Origin: an uncultured Porphyromonadaceae bacterium | GTDB lineage: Bacteria > Bacteroidota > Bacteroidia > Bacteroidales > Muribaculaceae | DNA length: 35,198 bases | Reading direction: 5' to 3' | NCBI GenBank assembly: GCA_947174515.1 | Contig: CAMWJD010000001.1 | Coordinates: forward strand, 1-35,198 | Shown: positions 1 through 9,194 of the stretch, in pieces | Position numbering within the stretch: the stretch's first letter is position 1 | Layout of the letters: each line of letters begins with the position of its first letter | Notes under the pieces: generated by a model | Seen by the model: the letters and a program-made list of their open reading frames with translations, nothing else | Databases searched by the model: none | What the model was told of the DNA's origin: nothing | Translations under genes and position numbers: made by a program

Positions 1-54
1 GTAGCACACCGGATTCTGGTTCCGTTTGTGAGAGTTCGAGTCTTTCCAAGGCAA
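1..54 (+). tRNA. tRNA-Gln(CTG), 5'-truncated by the window edge
   Basis: Bases 1-54 are identical to 137-190 of the complete tRNA copy; they include the CTG anticodon loop, the TTCGAGT T-loop and the 3' acceptor strand CAAGGCA-A. Confidence 0.93.
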
Positions 55-119
55 CAAAAAATTTATAGCACACCAACAAAAAACTACCTTTTGGTGAATT
101 TATACACATCAAAAAAAAC

Positions 120-190
120 TGCCTTGTGGTGTAATGGTAGCACACCGGATTCTGGTTCCGTTTGTGAGAGTTCGAGTCTTTCCAAGGCAA
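120..190 (+). tRNA. tRNA-Gln(CTG)
   Basis: Cloverleaf: acceptor TGCCTTG/CAAGGCA, D-arm GTG-TAATGGTAG-CAC, anticodon CTG at 152-154, T-arm GAGAG-TTCGAGT-CTTTC. CCA is not encoded. Confidence 0.96.
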
Positions 191-194
191 CTAC

Positions 195-226
195 AATACC
201 TTCGATTCAAATCGAGGGTATTTTTT
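195..226 (+). terminator. Intrinsic terminator after the tRNA pair
   Basis: Hairpin AATACCTTCGAT-tcaa-ATCGAGGGTATT running into a T-tract. Confidence 0.85.
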
Positions 227-261
227 GTTTTGCTCTATACATAAAAAATATTTCCAATCTC

Positions 262-292
262 TATGCCAATTAAAAAAAAATCCTTAATTTTG
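262..292 (+). promoter_or_regulatory. Bacteroidetes sigma-70 promoter for dapA-dnaG
   Basis: -7 element TAATTTTG at 285-292; near-consensus -33 element TATG at 262-265. Confidence 0.6.
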
Positions 293-326
293 TAATTGAA
301 TACAGCATCAACTAATATAGTTCCAT

Positions 327-1211
327 ATGGCACACATGAATATTCTTGGAATGGGCGTGGCGTTGGTCACTCCATTTACACAAAATAAAGAAATAGACTA
401 TCCGGCCCTGAAGAGGGTGATTGAGCATATAGTTGATAATGGTGCTGATTTTCTCGTTGTTCTTGGCACTACAGGTGAAACTCCTTGTCTGACACTTGAT
501 GAAAAAGTTAAAATTAAATCTTTCGTCAAGGAGACAGCAGATGGCAGGATTCCTCTCGTGTTAGGAATAGGGGGCAACAATACCGCGGAAATTATCAAGC
601 GACTTAATGAAGAGGATCTGTCCGGGTATTCCGCAATCCTCTCTGTCGTTCCTCCTTACAACAAGCCATCGCAAGAAGGTATTTACTGTCATTTCAAGGC
701 AATATCTGAGGCCTCTCCCCTACCTGTCATCTTATATAATGTACCCGGACGTACCGGTGTCAATATGACAGCCGAGACTACTCTGCGTCTTGCTCGGGAA
801 GTGCCCGGAATTATTGGCATCAAGGAAGCTTCCGGCGACATTCATCAGATTCAGCGTATTTTGCGTGAAAAACCCGATGGATTTACTGTGCTCAGCGGCG
901 ATGACGGAATGACTTATCCTTTGATGACACTCGGTGTGCAGGGAGTAATTTCGGTATTAGGAAATGCGTATCCAAAAGATTTTTCCGAGATGGTTCATCT
1001 TTGCCTGGAAGGTAACTATATTGAAGCCGTAGATTATCATTTCAAGTTCCGCGAGATAATTCGTTTGCTTTTTGCCGATGGCAACCCGGCAGGAGTGAAA
1101 TGTGTGATGCACGACATGGGGCTGATTGAAAATGAGCTCAGACTTCCGCTTGTGCCTGTCAGTGAAAACACAGCCACTGAAATCCTTAATTGGGTCAATT
1201 CGTTTAAATGA
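327..1211 (+). CDS. dapA: 4-hydroxy-tetrahydrodipicolinate synthase
   Basis: Motifs ALVTPF, GTTGE, PPYNKPSQEG, LYNVPGRTG and the Schiff-base lysine in GIKEASG; 294 aa. Confidence 0.97.
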   Translation: MAHMNILGMGVALVTPFTQNKEIDYPALKRVIEHIVDNGADFLVVLGTTGETPCLTLDEKVKIKSFVKETADGRIPLVLGIGGNNTAEIIKRLNEEDLSGYSAILSVVPPYNKPSQEGIYCHFKAISEASPLPVILYNVPGRTGVNMTAETTLRLAREVPGIIGIKEASGDIHQIQRILREKPDGFTVLSGDDGMTYPLMTLGVQGVISVLGNAYPKDFSEMVHLCLEGNYIEAVDYHFKFREIIRLLFADGNPAGVKCVMHDMGLIENELRLPLVPVSENTATEILNWVNSFK

Positions 1212-3391
1212 TAGATAAAGCCACCGTCCAGAAAATCACCGATGCCGCAGATATCGTTGAGGTTGTCAGCGATTATGTACATCTCATTAAGCGCGGTCGC
1301 AACTACGTGGGTCTGTGTCCGTTCCACAATGAAAAGACTCCTTCTTTCTCTGTAAATAGCGTACGCAATTTCTGCTATTGCTTTTCTTGTAAGAAAGGAG
1401 GGTCACCTGTCAACTTCATTATGGAGAAGGAAGGACTCTCCTACCATGATGCCCTTCTTCATCTTGCAGCCAAATATAATATAAAAGTTGAAGAAAAGGA
1501 ACTCTCGGAAGATGAACGCCGACAGTTGAACGAACGGGAAGCTCTGCTTGTAGCCAATGAATGGGCTGCCTCCCAAATGGAGAAATACCTTCATGACACA
1601 GAAGAAGGCAGGACTGTAGGTCTTCAATATTTCTATCAGCGAGGAGTCACAGATGAAGCTATAAAAAAATTCAGATTAGGCTATAATCCCGACTCAGGAC
1701 ATGCCTTGGCCGATGCCGCCAAACTTGCGGGGATGGACAGAAAAAGTCTCGTCGAAGTCGGAGTGCTCGGTGATTCCCAAAAGATGGCGGGAAGTTATTA
1801 TGATCGATTCCGAGGCCGTGTTATATTTCCTGTATTGAATCCATCCGGCAAGGTAGTGGCATTGGGTGGTCGCGACCTGAAAGGGGGAATGGCGAAATAC
1901 ATCAACTCTCCCGAGTCGGCAATATACAAAAAAAGCAACGAGCTTTACGGAATATATCAGGCCAAAAATGAAATTGCCAAGCAAGATAATTGTTATCTTG
2001 TTGAAGGATACATGGATGTGATCGGCATGTGGCAGTCCGGAATGGAAAACGTAGTAGCCTCATCAGGAACTGCCCTCACCGACGGGCAAATAGCGATGAT
2101 TCATCGCTTCACCAACAATATTACGCTTATTTATGATGGTGATGCAGCCGGAATCAAAGCATCATTGAGAGGTATCGACATGCTGCTCGCTCATAAGATG
2201 AATGTCAAGGTTCTGCTTCTCCCCGATGGGCATGATCCGGATTCTTTTGCACGCGAGCATACTCCGGAAGATTTCCGTAAATATGTAGGTGAGCATGCCA
2301 CTGATATCATAAGATTTAAGGCTCAGGTGCTTCTCAATGATATTGGCACGGATCCTCAAAAGAGAGTAGAGGCGATCAACAGTGTAGTTCAGTCGCTCGC
2401 GCATATTCCTGACAAGGTGAAACGTAACGTTTATGTGCAGGAATGTAGCCGATTGCTTGGCGTAAGTGAAGAAGTCATAGAAGGCGCTGTCGAGAAGTCG
2501 CGCATAGACGTCATCGAGCAGCAGCGCCGTCGCCGTCAGACTGATGAGATAGATCGTCTTGACAGCAATGAGCTTAATCCGCAACCCGATGTCTCGAAAA
2601 ACCTCAGACCTTCCAATTCAGGAAACATTACCGACAAATATCCATACTATTTATTGGAAAGAACCGTAATTTTTCAATGTGTCAGATATGGAATGTTGGA
2701 GTTTTGCGAAGTGGAATATGAAGATGGCTCCACAGATATGATCAATGTTGCAGAATATATCGCTGAAGAACTCCAGTCAGATGATATTTGGTTTTCTTTT
2801 CCTACTTTTGCAAAGACATTCAACCGCATACTTGATCTTAAGGAGGATTTCATCAAAGAGTTTGAGGCCTTTGATTCAGAAATTCAGATTCAAAGAAAGG
2901 AAATGCTCAATAAAGGCTATGATGAGATTGCCTCTAAGGTTATGAATATAACGGAAATAAAGAGAGCGGAACGCATACTGGAAGATAATATTGAAGAAGA
3001 AATAGCAAGAAAATACTATGACTTCGCCCGATATTTCATTGAACATAAACTATCAAGCCATCACGATGATGATGTAAGACGCACAGTGATGGATGCCATC
3101 AATGATGAACAGCCACTAAGCAACATCTATATGCGCAATAATCCGGTAAGCGAAAGGAAAATGGAAGAAGACCGGATGCGAGTATTGGTGCCTCGCGGTG
3201 TTCTTGAATGGAAAAATGAAATGCTCAATCAAATGATCCGTGCAAAAATGCAGCAGCTCAATAACATTCGCGGCCATTCCGGTCCGGAAGAGGAACAAAA
3301 GATTCTGTTGGAGACTCAGGCTCTTATGGCAAAGCGGGGACAACTTGGAAAAGAAATGGGCGACCGCACCATAGGAAAAAAAATAAAATAA
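1208..3391 (+). CDS. dnaG: DNA primase
   Basis: CHC2 zinc finger (CPFHNEKTPSF...CFSC), DRFRGRVIFP, KYINSPES, TOPRIM motifs VEGYMDV and YDGDAAG; ATGA-type 4-nt overlap with dapA. Confidence 0.97.
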   Translation: MIDKATVQKITDAADIVEVVSDYVHLIKRGRNYVGLCPFHNEKTPSFSVNSVRNFCYCFSCKKGGSPVNFIMEKEGLSYHDALLHLAAKYNIKVEEKELSEDERRQLNEREALLVANEWAASQMEKYLHDTEEGRTVGLQYFYQRGVTDEAIKKFRLGYNPDSGHALADAAKLAGMDRKSLVEVGVLGDSQKMAGSYYDRFRGRVIFPVLNPSGKVVALGGRDLKGGMAKYINSPESAIYKKSNELYGIYQAKNEIAKQDNCYLVEGYMDVIGMWQSGMENVVASSGTALTDGQIAMIHRFTNNITLIYDGDAAGIKASLRGIDMLLAHKMNVKVLLLPDGHDPDSFAREHTPEDFRKYVGEHATDIIRFKAQVLLNDIGTDPQKRVEAINSVVQSLAHIPDKVKRNVYVQECSRLLGVSEEVIEGAVEKSRIDVIEQQRRRRQTDEIDRLDSNELNPQPDVSKNLRPSNSGNITDKYPYYLLERTVIFQCVRYGMLEFCEVEYEDGSTDMINVAEYIAEELQSDDIWFSFPTFAKTFNRILDLKEDFIKEFEAFDSEIQIQRKEMLNKGYDEIASKVMNITEIKRAERILEDNIEEEIARKYYDFARYFIEHKLSSHHDDDVRRTVMDAINDEQPLSNIYMRNNPVSERKMEEDRMRVLVPRGVLEWKNEMLNQMIRAKMQQLNNIRGHSGPEEEQKILLETQALMAKRGQLGKEMGDRTIGKKIK

Positions 3392-3456
3392 AATGAAAAT
3401 GTAAGTTTTACATGATTTTTGCGTCTAATGAACATAGACAACAAATACACAACTAA

Positions 3457-4404
3457 ATGAATATCCTTGAAGTAAATAATCTGACCAAATGTTTTGGTTC
3501 TCTCAAAGCGCTTGACAATGTCAGTTTCGGCATTTCCGAAGGTTCCATATGTGGCATCCTCGGTCCCAATGGTGCAGGAAAGACAACTCTTCTTCGTATC
3601 ATCAATGGAATACTTACAATCGATGCCGGCAGTGTGACTATATTGGGAGAGAATGCATCTATAGAAGCATCCCGCAATATCGGATATATGCCGGAAGAGC
3701 GAGGCCTTTACGATACAATGAGGGTTGAAGATCAAATCCTTTATTTTGGACAGCTTAAAGGGGGTGATCCGAAGCGTCTGTACTCTGTGATGAACGAATA
3801 TCTTGAACTCTTTAATCTCAAAGGACAGGAACGCCGTCGGCTTAAGGAACTTTCAAAAGGAAATCAGCAGAAAGTGCAAATAATCTGTACTCTCGTTCAT
3901 GAACCGAAACTGGTGATTCTTGATGAGCCATTCAGTGGTTTTGACCCCCTCAACGGCCAGATACTTCAGCAGATACTTGAGCGACTACGCGAGAAGGGTT
4001 CCACTATTATCCTCAGCTCCCACAATATGCCGGCAATCGAAGAGATGTGCAGTGATATCGTGTTGGTAGATCATGGTCATATTCTTGTGGCAGACTCTAT
4101 GACAAATATTAAGGAGTCGCATAAGGACAATACATTGCTTCTCACCACATCCACCGAGCTTTCCGAACCTCTTTTGCTGTCAAGTGGTGTCATTACTGAA
4201 ATTGAGAAGGTGGAAAATCTGAATTGGCGCAGAGGTTTCGCTTATAAACTTAGGAGAAATCCGGTTAATTCAAATAATGAAGTCATCGACGCTGTGGCAT
4301 TTCAAAGTCAGATCCTTCATTTTGAAGAAGCACTCCCCTCGCTCAAAGATATTTTTATTTCTTATACATCCACCGCTAATCATCAGACCCCGAATACACT
4401 ATGA
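3457..4404 (+). CDS. ABC-2-type exporter ATP-binding subunit
   Basis: Walker A GPNGAGKT, Q-loop region GYMPEERGLY, signature LSKGNQQ, Walker B ILDEPFSG, H-loop SSH. Confidence 0.93.
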   Translation: MNILEVNNLTKCFGSLKALDNVSFGISEGSICGILGPNGAGKTTLLRIINGILTIDAGSVTILGENASIEASRNIGYMPEERGLYDTMRVEDQILYFGQLKGGDPKRLYSVMNEYLELFNLKGQERRRLKELSKGNQQKVQIICTLVHEPKLVILDEPFSGFDPLNGQILQQILERLREKGSTIILSSHNMPAIEEMCSDIVLVDHGHILVADSMTNIKESHKDNTLLLTTSTELSEPLLLSSGVITEIEKVENLNWRRGFAYKLRRNPVNSNNEVIDAVAFQSQILHFEEALPSLKDIFISYTSTANHQTPNTL

Positions 4405-5318
4405 ATAAGTTGAAACTGATAATATTGAATGAATATAAGACGGCGGTCACCAGAAAGTCATTCTGGATTCTGACTTTCGTGTTTCCAATAGCTATGCTGG
4501 CTTTTGGCATTGTGATGGGTTTTCTCATGTCTGACTCGTCATCATATACTTCCATGATCGACTCAATAAATGAAAACACCGGTTTGACACCTGAAGAGGA
4601 AACTATGACTCCTGCAAAAGTAGTGGCTATGATGGTAGGTCTTTTTCTAACCTTTGCCATGATGATATGCGGAAGTCAGATCATGCAGATGGTGCGCCAG
4701 GAAAAGACTAACCGCATCATGGAGTTTCTGGCCACATGTGTCACCGGGCGTACGATGCTGACTGCAAAGATTATAAGCGTGGCTCTGATCACCTTGACGC
4801 AGGTGGCGCTATGGGGCGTTTGTATCTTTCTTATAGGTTATGGATTTTGTATAGTGCTCGATGTCTCGATTCCCTGGCACTATCTTCTGCTTCCATTGGT
4901 ATGGAAAACGATTCTTTGGTCGCTACTCTATTTCATAGGTGGATATTTGATGTTCAGTTCGCTTTTCGCGGCTTGTGGCGCCATCACCGACAGTAATAAT
5001 GAAAATCAGCAGTATCTGTCGATTTTGATGATGGTGGTGCTTGCTTCCATGTATATCGGCATGTATGCCGTGGATCATCCCACATCATTATTGGCACAGA
5101 CCTGCGCATATTTTCCACTTACGTCTCCAACTGTCGGGGCGGTCAATGCCATCACCGGAGAAGTGCCGGTATGGAGCAGCATACTTTCACTGTTGGTGCT
5201 CTATGCCTGTTCGTATGGAGCAATCATAATCGGGGGTAAGATATATGCCTCTTCAATGCTTCTGAAAGGCTCGTCCCTCACTCCGAAGGCTATAATGGCT
5301 TTCATCAAATCAAAATGA
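4401..5318 (+). CDS. ABC-2-type exporter permease (NatB/YhaP-like)
   Basis: About 6 hydrophobic segments and the motif EKTNRIMEFL; overlaps the ATPase stop codon by 4 nt. Confidence 0.88.
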   Translation: MNKLKLIILNEYKTAVTRKSFWILTFVFPIAMLAFGIVMGFLMSDSSSYTSMIDSINENTGLTPEEETMTPAKVVAMMVGLFLTFAMMICGSQIMQMVRQEKTNRIMEFLATCVTGRTMLTAKIISVALITLTQVALWGVCIFLIGYGFCIVLDVSIPWHYLLLPLVWKTILWSLLYFIGGYLMFSSLFAACGAITDSNNENQQYLSILMMVVLASMYIGMYAVDHPTSLLAQTCAYFPLTSPTVGAVNAITGEVPVWSSILSLLVLYACSYGAIIIGGKIYASSMLLKGSSLTPKAIMAFIKSK

Positions 5319-5345
5319 AACGTGAAATATAGTGATTTGACATTG

Positions 5346-5374
5346 ATGGGCACACGCAACGTGTGTCCATTTTT
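5346..5374 (+). terminator. Intrinsic terminator after the ABC permease
   Basis: Hairpin ATGGGCACACG-caa-CGTGTGTCCAT followed by TTTT. Confidence 0.8.
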
Positions 5375-5429
5375 ATATGTTAAAAAACAATAAAGTTAAT
5401 ATAAAATGAAATCTCCGCTACGATTCTCT

Positions 5430-5461
5430 CTTGCAAATTTGACATTTTTTGTGTAATTTTG
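5430..5461 (+). promoter_or_regulatory. Sigma-70 promoter for recJ-recQ-umuC
   Basis: TAATTTTG at 5454-5461 with CTTG 20 nt upstream. Confidence 0.65.
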
Positions 5462-5513
5462 CAATATGAGACAGAATGTGTGTAGTGCAATCTGCCGATA
5501 ACTAAATGACACC

Positions 5514-7253
5514 ATGAGCAATAACTGGAATTACCAACCACTTTCGCGTCAGGAGCAGGAGCAAGCTGAAAGTCTGCTGCCCGTATGCGGAGGCATCAAC
5601 CCGGTGCCTGAACTGCTGTTGCGCCGAGGTGTCACAACTCCGGATGAAGCCGCTGGCTTTTTATCTCCTTCGCTTGATGATCTCCACGATCCTTTCCTTA
5701 TGCCCGACATGGATAAGGCTGTCAACCGTCTTAACCGTGCTATGGGAGCCAAGGAAAAGATAATGATTTATGGTGATTATGACGTAGACGGCACTACAGC
5801 TGTCGCCCTTGTCTACAAATACCTTCAGAATTACTATAGCAATATTGAATATTATATTCCTACCCGATATGAGGAAGGATATGGAATATCACGCAAAAGC
5901 ATTGAATACGCAGCTGAGAATGATATAAAGCTTGTAGTCGTGCTCGACTGCGGCATTAAGGCGATAGAAGAGATCGCCTATGCCAAGCAGCTTGGTATAG
6001 ACTTTATCATTTGCGATCATCACGTCCCCGATGATGAACTCCCTCCTGCAGTGGCTATCCTGAATCCCAAAATGCCGGGTTCTCCTTATCCCTGTCCTCA
6101 TTTGAGCGGTTGCGGAGTCGGCTTTAAGTTTATGCAAGGTTTTGCTAAAAGTAATGGTCTTGGCAACCATAATGAACTTAACTCATTGCTTGACCTCGTA
6201 GCTGTCAGCATTGCCGCCGATATCGTTCCCATAATAGGAGAAAACCGGATCATGGCCTATCATGGTCTGAGAAGGTTGAATTCCAATCCGAATCTCGGTC
6301 TCCGAAGTATCATCCGCTTATGTAAACTTACAAATAAGGACATCACGATATCTGACGTGATCTTCAAGATAGGTCCCAGAATCAATGCGTCAGGCCGTAT
6401 GCAGAGCGGAATGGAAGCTGTAGGTCTTCTCGTCTCCCGCGACCTTCACGATGCTTATCAGCGTGGCATAGAAATTGACCAATACAACAAAGACCGTAAG
6501 GAACTCGACAAGAAAATAACTGAAGAGGCAAACGAACTAATAGAAAACAATGTCAATATCGTGCATGGTAAACGTTCCATCGTGATCTATAATAAGAATT
6601 GGCATAAAGGTATTATAGGAATCGTTGCATCTCGTCTCACCGAGTTATACTACAAGCCATCCGTAGTCTTGACATATGCCAACGGTATGGCTACGGGCAG
6701 CAGCCGGTCGGTGCAGGGATTCGACATCTATTCTGCCGTAAACTCCACAAGGCATCTTCTTGAAAATTTCGGAGGCCATACATATGCAGTAGGTCTCTCA
6801 TTGAAAGAAGAGAATATTCCTGAATTCAGTCGTCTTTTTGAAGAGTATGTAGCTAAGAATATTCAGCCTAATCAGCTTTGTCCGCAACTTGATATCGATG
6901 CCGATATTTCCTTTGCCGATATCACTCCTGATCTTGTGGCGCAACTTAAAAAGTTCAATCCGTTTGGTCCCGGCAACCAGAAACCGGTGTTCAGGACTCG
7001 CAATGTTTTTGATTTCGGCACTTCTAAACTTGTAGGTAAGAATTTCGAGCATATAAAGCTTGAGCTTGAAGATGACAGCACCAGCCGTGTGATCTCAGCC
7101 ATTGCATTCAACATGGCTCCATATTTTGAATATATCCATGCTCATAAACCGGTAGACATCTGCTACACTATAGAACAAAACAAACATAATCACTCTGAGT
7201 CTGTGCAGTTGATGATTAAGGATATTAGATTGTCAAAATCTGAAATAGACTGA
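5514..7253 (+). CDS. recJ: Single-stranded-DNA-specific exonuclease RecJ
   Basis: DHH-family motifs GDYDVDG, RYEEGYG, LDCG, CDHH, PRINASGR and GGH. Confidence 0.97.
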   Translation: MSNNWNYQPLSRQEQEQAESLLPVCGGINPVPELLLRRGVTTPDEAAGFLSPSLDDLHDPFLMPDMDKAVNRLNRAMGAKEKIMIYGDYDVDGTTAVALVYKYLQNYYSNIEYYIPTRYEEGYGISRKSIEYAAENDIKLVVVLDCGIKAIEEIAYAKQLGIDFIICDHHVPDDELPPAVAILNPKMPGSPYPCPHLSGCGVGFKFMQGFAKSNGLGNHNELNSLLDLVAVSIAADIVPIIGENRIMAYHGLRRLNSNPNLGLRSIIRLCKLTNKDITISDVIFKIGPRINASGRMQSGMEAVGLLVSRDLHDAYQRGIEIDQYNKDRKELDKKITEEANELIENNVNIVHGKRSIVIYNKNWHKGIIGIVASRLTELYYKPSVVLTYANGMATGSSRSVQGFDIYSAVNSTRHLLENFGGHTYAVGLSLKEENIPEFSRLFEEYVAKNIQPNQLCPQLDIDADISFADITPDLVAQLKKFNPFGPGNQKPVFRTRNVFDFGTSKLVGKNFEHIKLELEDDSTSRVISAIAFNMAPYFEYIHAHKPVDICYTIEQNKHNHSESVQLMIKDIRLSKSEID

Positions 7254-7269
7254 AGGAGCCCTTCTATAT

Positions 7270-9189
7270 ATGATTTTTGAAAAAATCCTGAAAAAATATT
7301 GGGGTTACGATAGTTTTCGCCCTCTCCAGAGAGACATTATAGACAGCGTGATGGCCGGACATGACACCCTTGGTCTGATGCCTACCGGAGGTGGAAAGTC
7401 CATTACATTCCAAGTCCCTGGGATGGCTTTCGAGTCAGGGCTGACAGTTGTGGTCACGCCTCTTATTTCTCTGATGAAAGACCAGGTCGACAACCTTAAG
7501 CGCAGAGGCATCACTGCTGTCATGCTCAATAGCGGTATGACCACGAAGGAAACAAGAGTGGCATGGGAACGCCTTTGCAATGGCCGAGCCAGATTCCTGT
7601 ATGTCTCGCCCGAAAAACTTCGGAACAGATATTTTCTCAATGAACTTTCCCAACTTCCCGTAAGACTGATAGTGGTCGATGAGGCTCACTGCATTTCGCA
7701 ATGGGGTTACGACTTCCGGCCTTCCTATCTCAAGATTTCTGAACTAAGAAAGATCCACCCGGGCGTGCCCGTTCTTGCGCTTACCGCCACCGCTACCCCG
7801 GTAGTGGCCGACGACATCATGGTTCAGCTTGCTTTTAGGAAAGATGCAAAAAAATTCAAGATGAGTTTTGTGCGTGAGAATATATCATATCTGGTGCGTC
7901 CGTCAGAAAATAAATTCTATGATATATTTCATATTCTTTCACGCACTGAAGGAAGCGGAATCGTCTATGTGAGAAGCCGACGGAAAACTCGTGAGATTGC
8001 GGAATTCCTTACTGCTTCAGGAATCTCTTCCGATTATTATCATGCCGGTCTTTCTTATGAGACAAAGGTGGAGAGACAGAATGAATGGCAGTCGGGTGCC
8101 GTCAGAGTGATGGTGGCTACCAATGCCTTTGGAATGGGAATTGACAAACCCGACGTAAGGATTGTGGTCCATTCCGATTTTCCGCCATCACTTGAGGAGT
8201 ATTATCAGGAGGCGGGGCGGGCAGGCCGCGATGGAAAAAAATCATTTGCCGTTCTCCTTGCTTCTGTCAATGATAAGGCTAATCTAAGAAAAAAACTGAA
8301 GCTTTCATTTCCTGATCGCGACGTCATTAAGCTAATTTATGAAAGAGCATGCAATTTCATGCATCTTGAAATTGGAGAAGGCTACGAACGGTTGATTGAA
8401 TTCGATCTGGAACTTTTCTGCGACACCTTTCATCTTCAGCGGCAACAGACGCTTGCGGCTTTTCATCTGCTTTCGCAAGCCGGTTATCTGGATTATATCG
8501 AGGAGACTGAAAATAATTCAAGGGTTATGATCACAGTAGATCGGGAGGAGCTTTATCATCTGGAAGCCTCCGCTGAAGCTGATAGAACGCTCCAGTGCAT
8601 TCTCAGGCTATACCCTGGGCTATTTTCCGATTTTGTCCGTATCAACGAGGGTAAAATAAGCCGTGAGACCGGTCTTGATCCTGAAACTGTCTATAATTCC
8701 CTCCTTGAACTCAACAGGCTGAAGATTATTGTGTATGTGCCTCGCAGGCGTACGCCGATCATGTTTATTTCCACATCAAGAGAGGAAAGCCGTTATGTCA
8801 CTATTGGAAAGAGAATCTACGAAGATCGTTTCAATGTGATGTCAAGGCGCGTTGAAGCGATGATTGACTACGCCTACAACGACGAAGGGTGCCGGGTGAA
8901 TCGGATGCTCTCCTATTTCGGAGAGGAAAAAGCCTGCGATTGTGGAAAATGCGACATTTGCCGAAGTCGTAAAAAGTCATCTTCATCCCACATCTCCAAG
9001 GAAGAAATGATAGGCAAAGTATGGAAATATATGCAGATGTATCCTTCCGGAATCACCCAGACCATACTTGAGCGTAACTTCACGCCCGACGAGCGTCTGG
9101 CCGGGGATGCTCTCAGGTATCTTGTAGAGGAGGGATTTGCAGTGGAGCGTCATTCCATCTATCGCCTTGCAGAATATGACAAAGACTGA
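7270..9189 (+). CDS. recQ: RecQ-family ATP-dependent DNA helicase (no HRDC domain evident)
   Basis: MPTGGGKS, DEAHCISQWGYDFRP, TATA, ATNAFGMGIDK, YYQEAGRAGRDG and zinc module CR...YFGE...CGKCDIC. Confidence 0.93.
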   Translation: MIFEKILKKYWGYDSFRPLQRDIIDSVMAGHDTLGLMPTGGGKSITFQVPGMAFESGLTVVVTPLISLMKDQVDNLKRRGITAVMLNSGMTTKETRVAWERLCNGRARFLYVSPEKLRNRYFLNELSQLPVRLIVVDEAHCISQWGYDFRPSYLKISELRKIHPGVPVLALTATATPVVADDIMVQLAFRKDAKKFKMSFVRENISYLVRPSENKFYDIFHILSRTEGSGIVYVRSRRKTREIAEFLTASGISSDYYHAGLSYETKVERQNEWQSGAVRVMVATNAFGMGIDKPDVRIVVHSDFPPSLEEYYQEAGRAGRDGKKSFAVLLASVNDKANLRKKLKLSFPDRDVIKLIYERACNFMHLEIGEGYERLIEFDLELFCDTFHLQRQQTLAAFHLLSQAGYLDYIEETENNSRVMITVDREELYHLEASAEADRTLQCILRLYPGLFSDFVRINEGKISRETGLDPETVYNSLLELNRLKIIVYVPRRRTPIMFISTSREESRYVTIGKRIYEDRFNVMSRRVEAMIDYAYNDEGCRVNRMLSYFGEEKACDCGKCDICRSRKKSSSSHISKEEMIGKVWKYMQMYPSGITQTILERNFTPDERLAGDALRYLVEEGFAVERHSIYRLAEYDKD

Positions 9190-9194
9190 AGACT

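Noticed and set aside
152-154. Possible suppressor tRNA or alternative genetic code
   Set aside because: The anticodon is CTG (Gln), not CTA, and all genes are full length under the standard code.
1-190. tRNA repeat as a CRISPR array or a prophage/ICE att site
   Set aside because: The repeat unit is a full tRNA. I saw no second copy of the tRNA 3' end, no integrase and no cas genes in the window.
28-273. 81-aa ORF on the + strand
   Set aside because: It runs through both tRNA genes and their terminator, so it is spurious.
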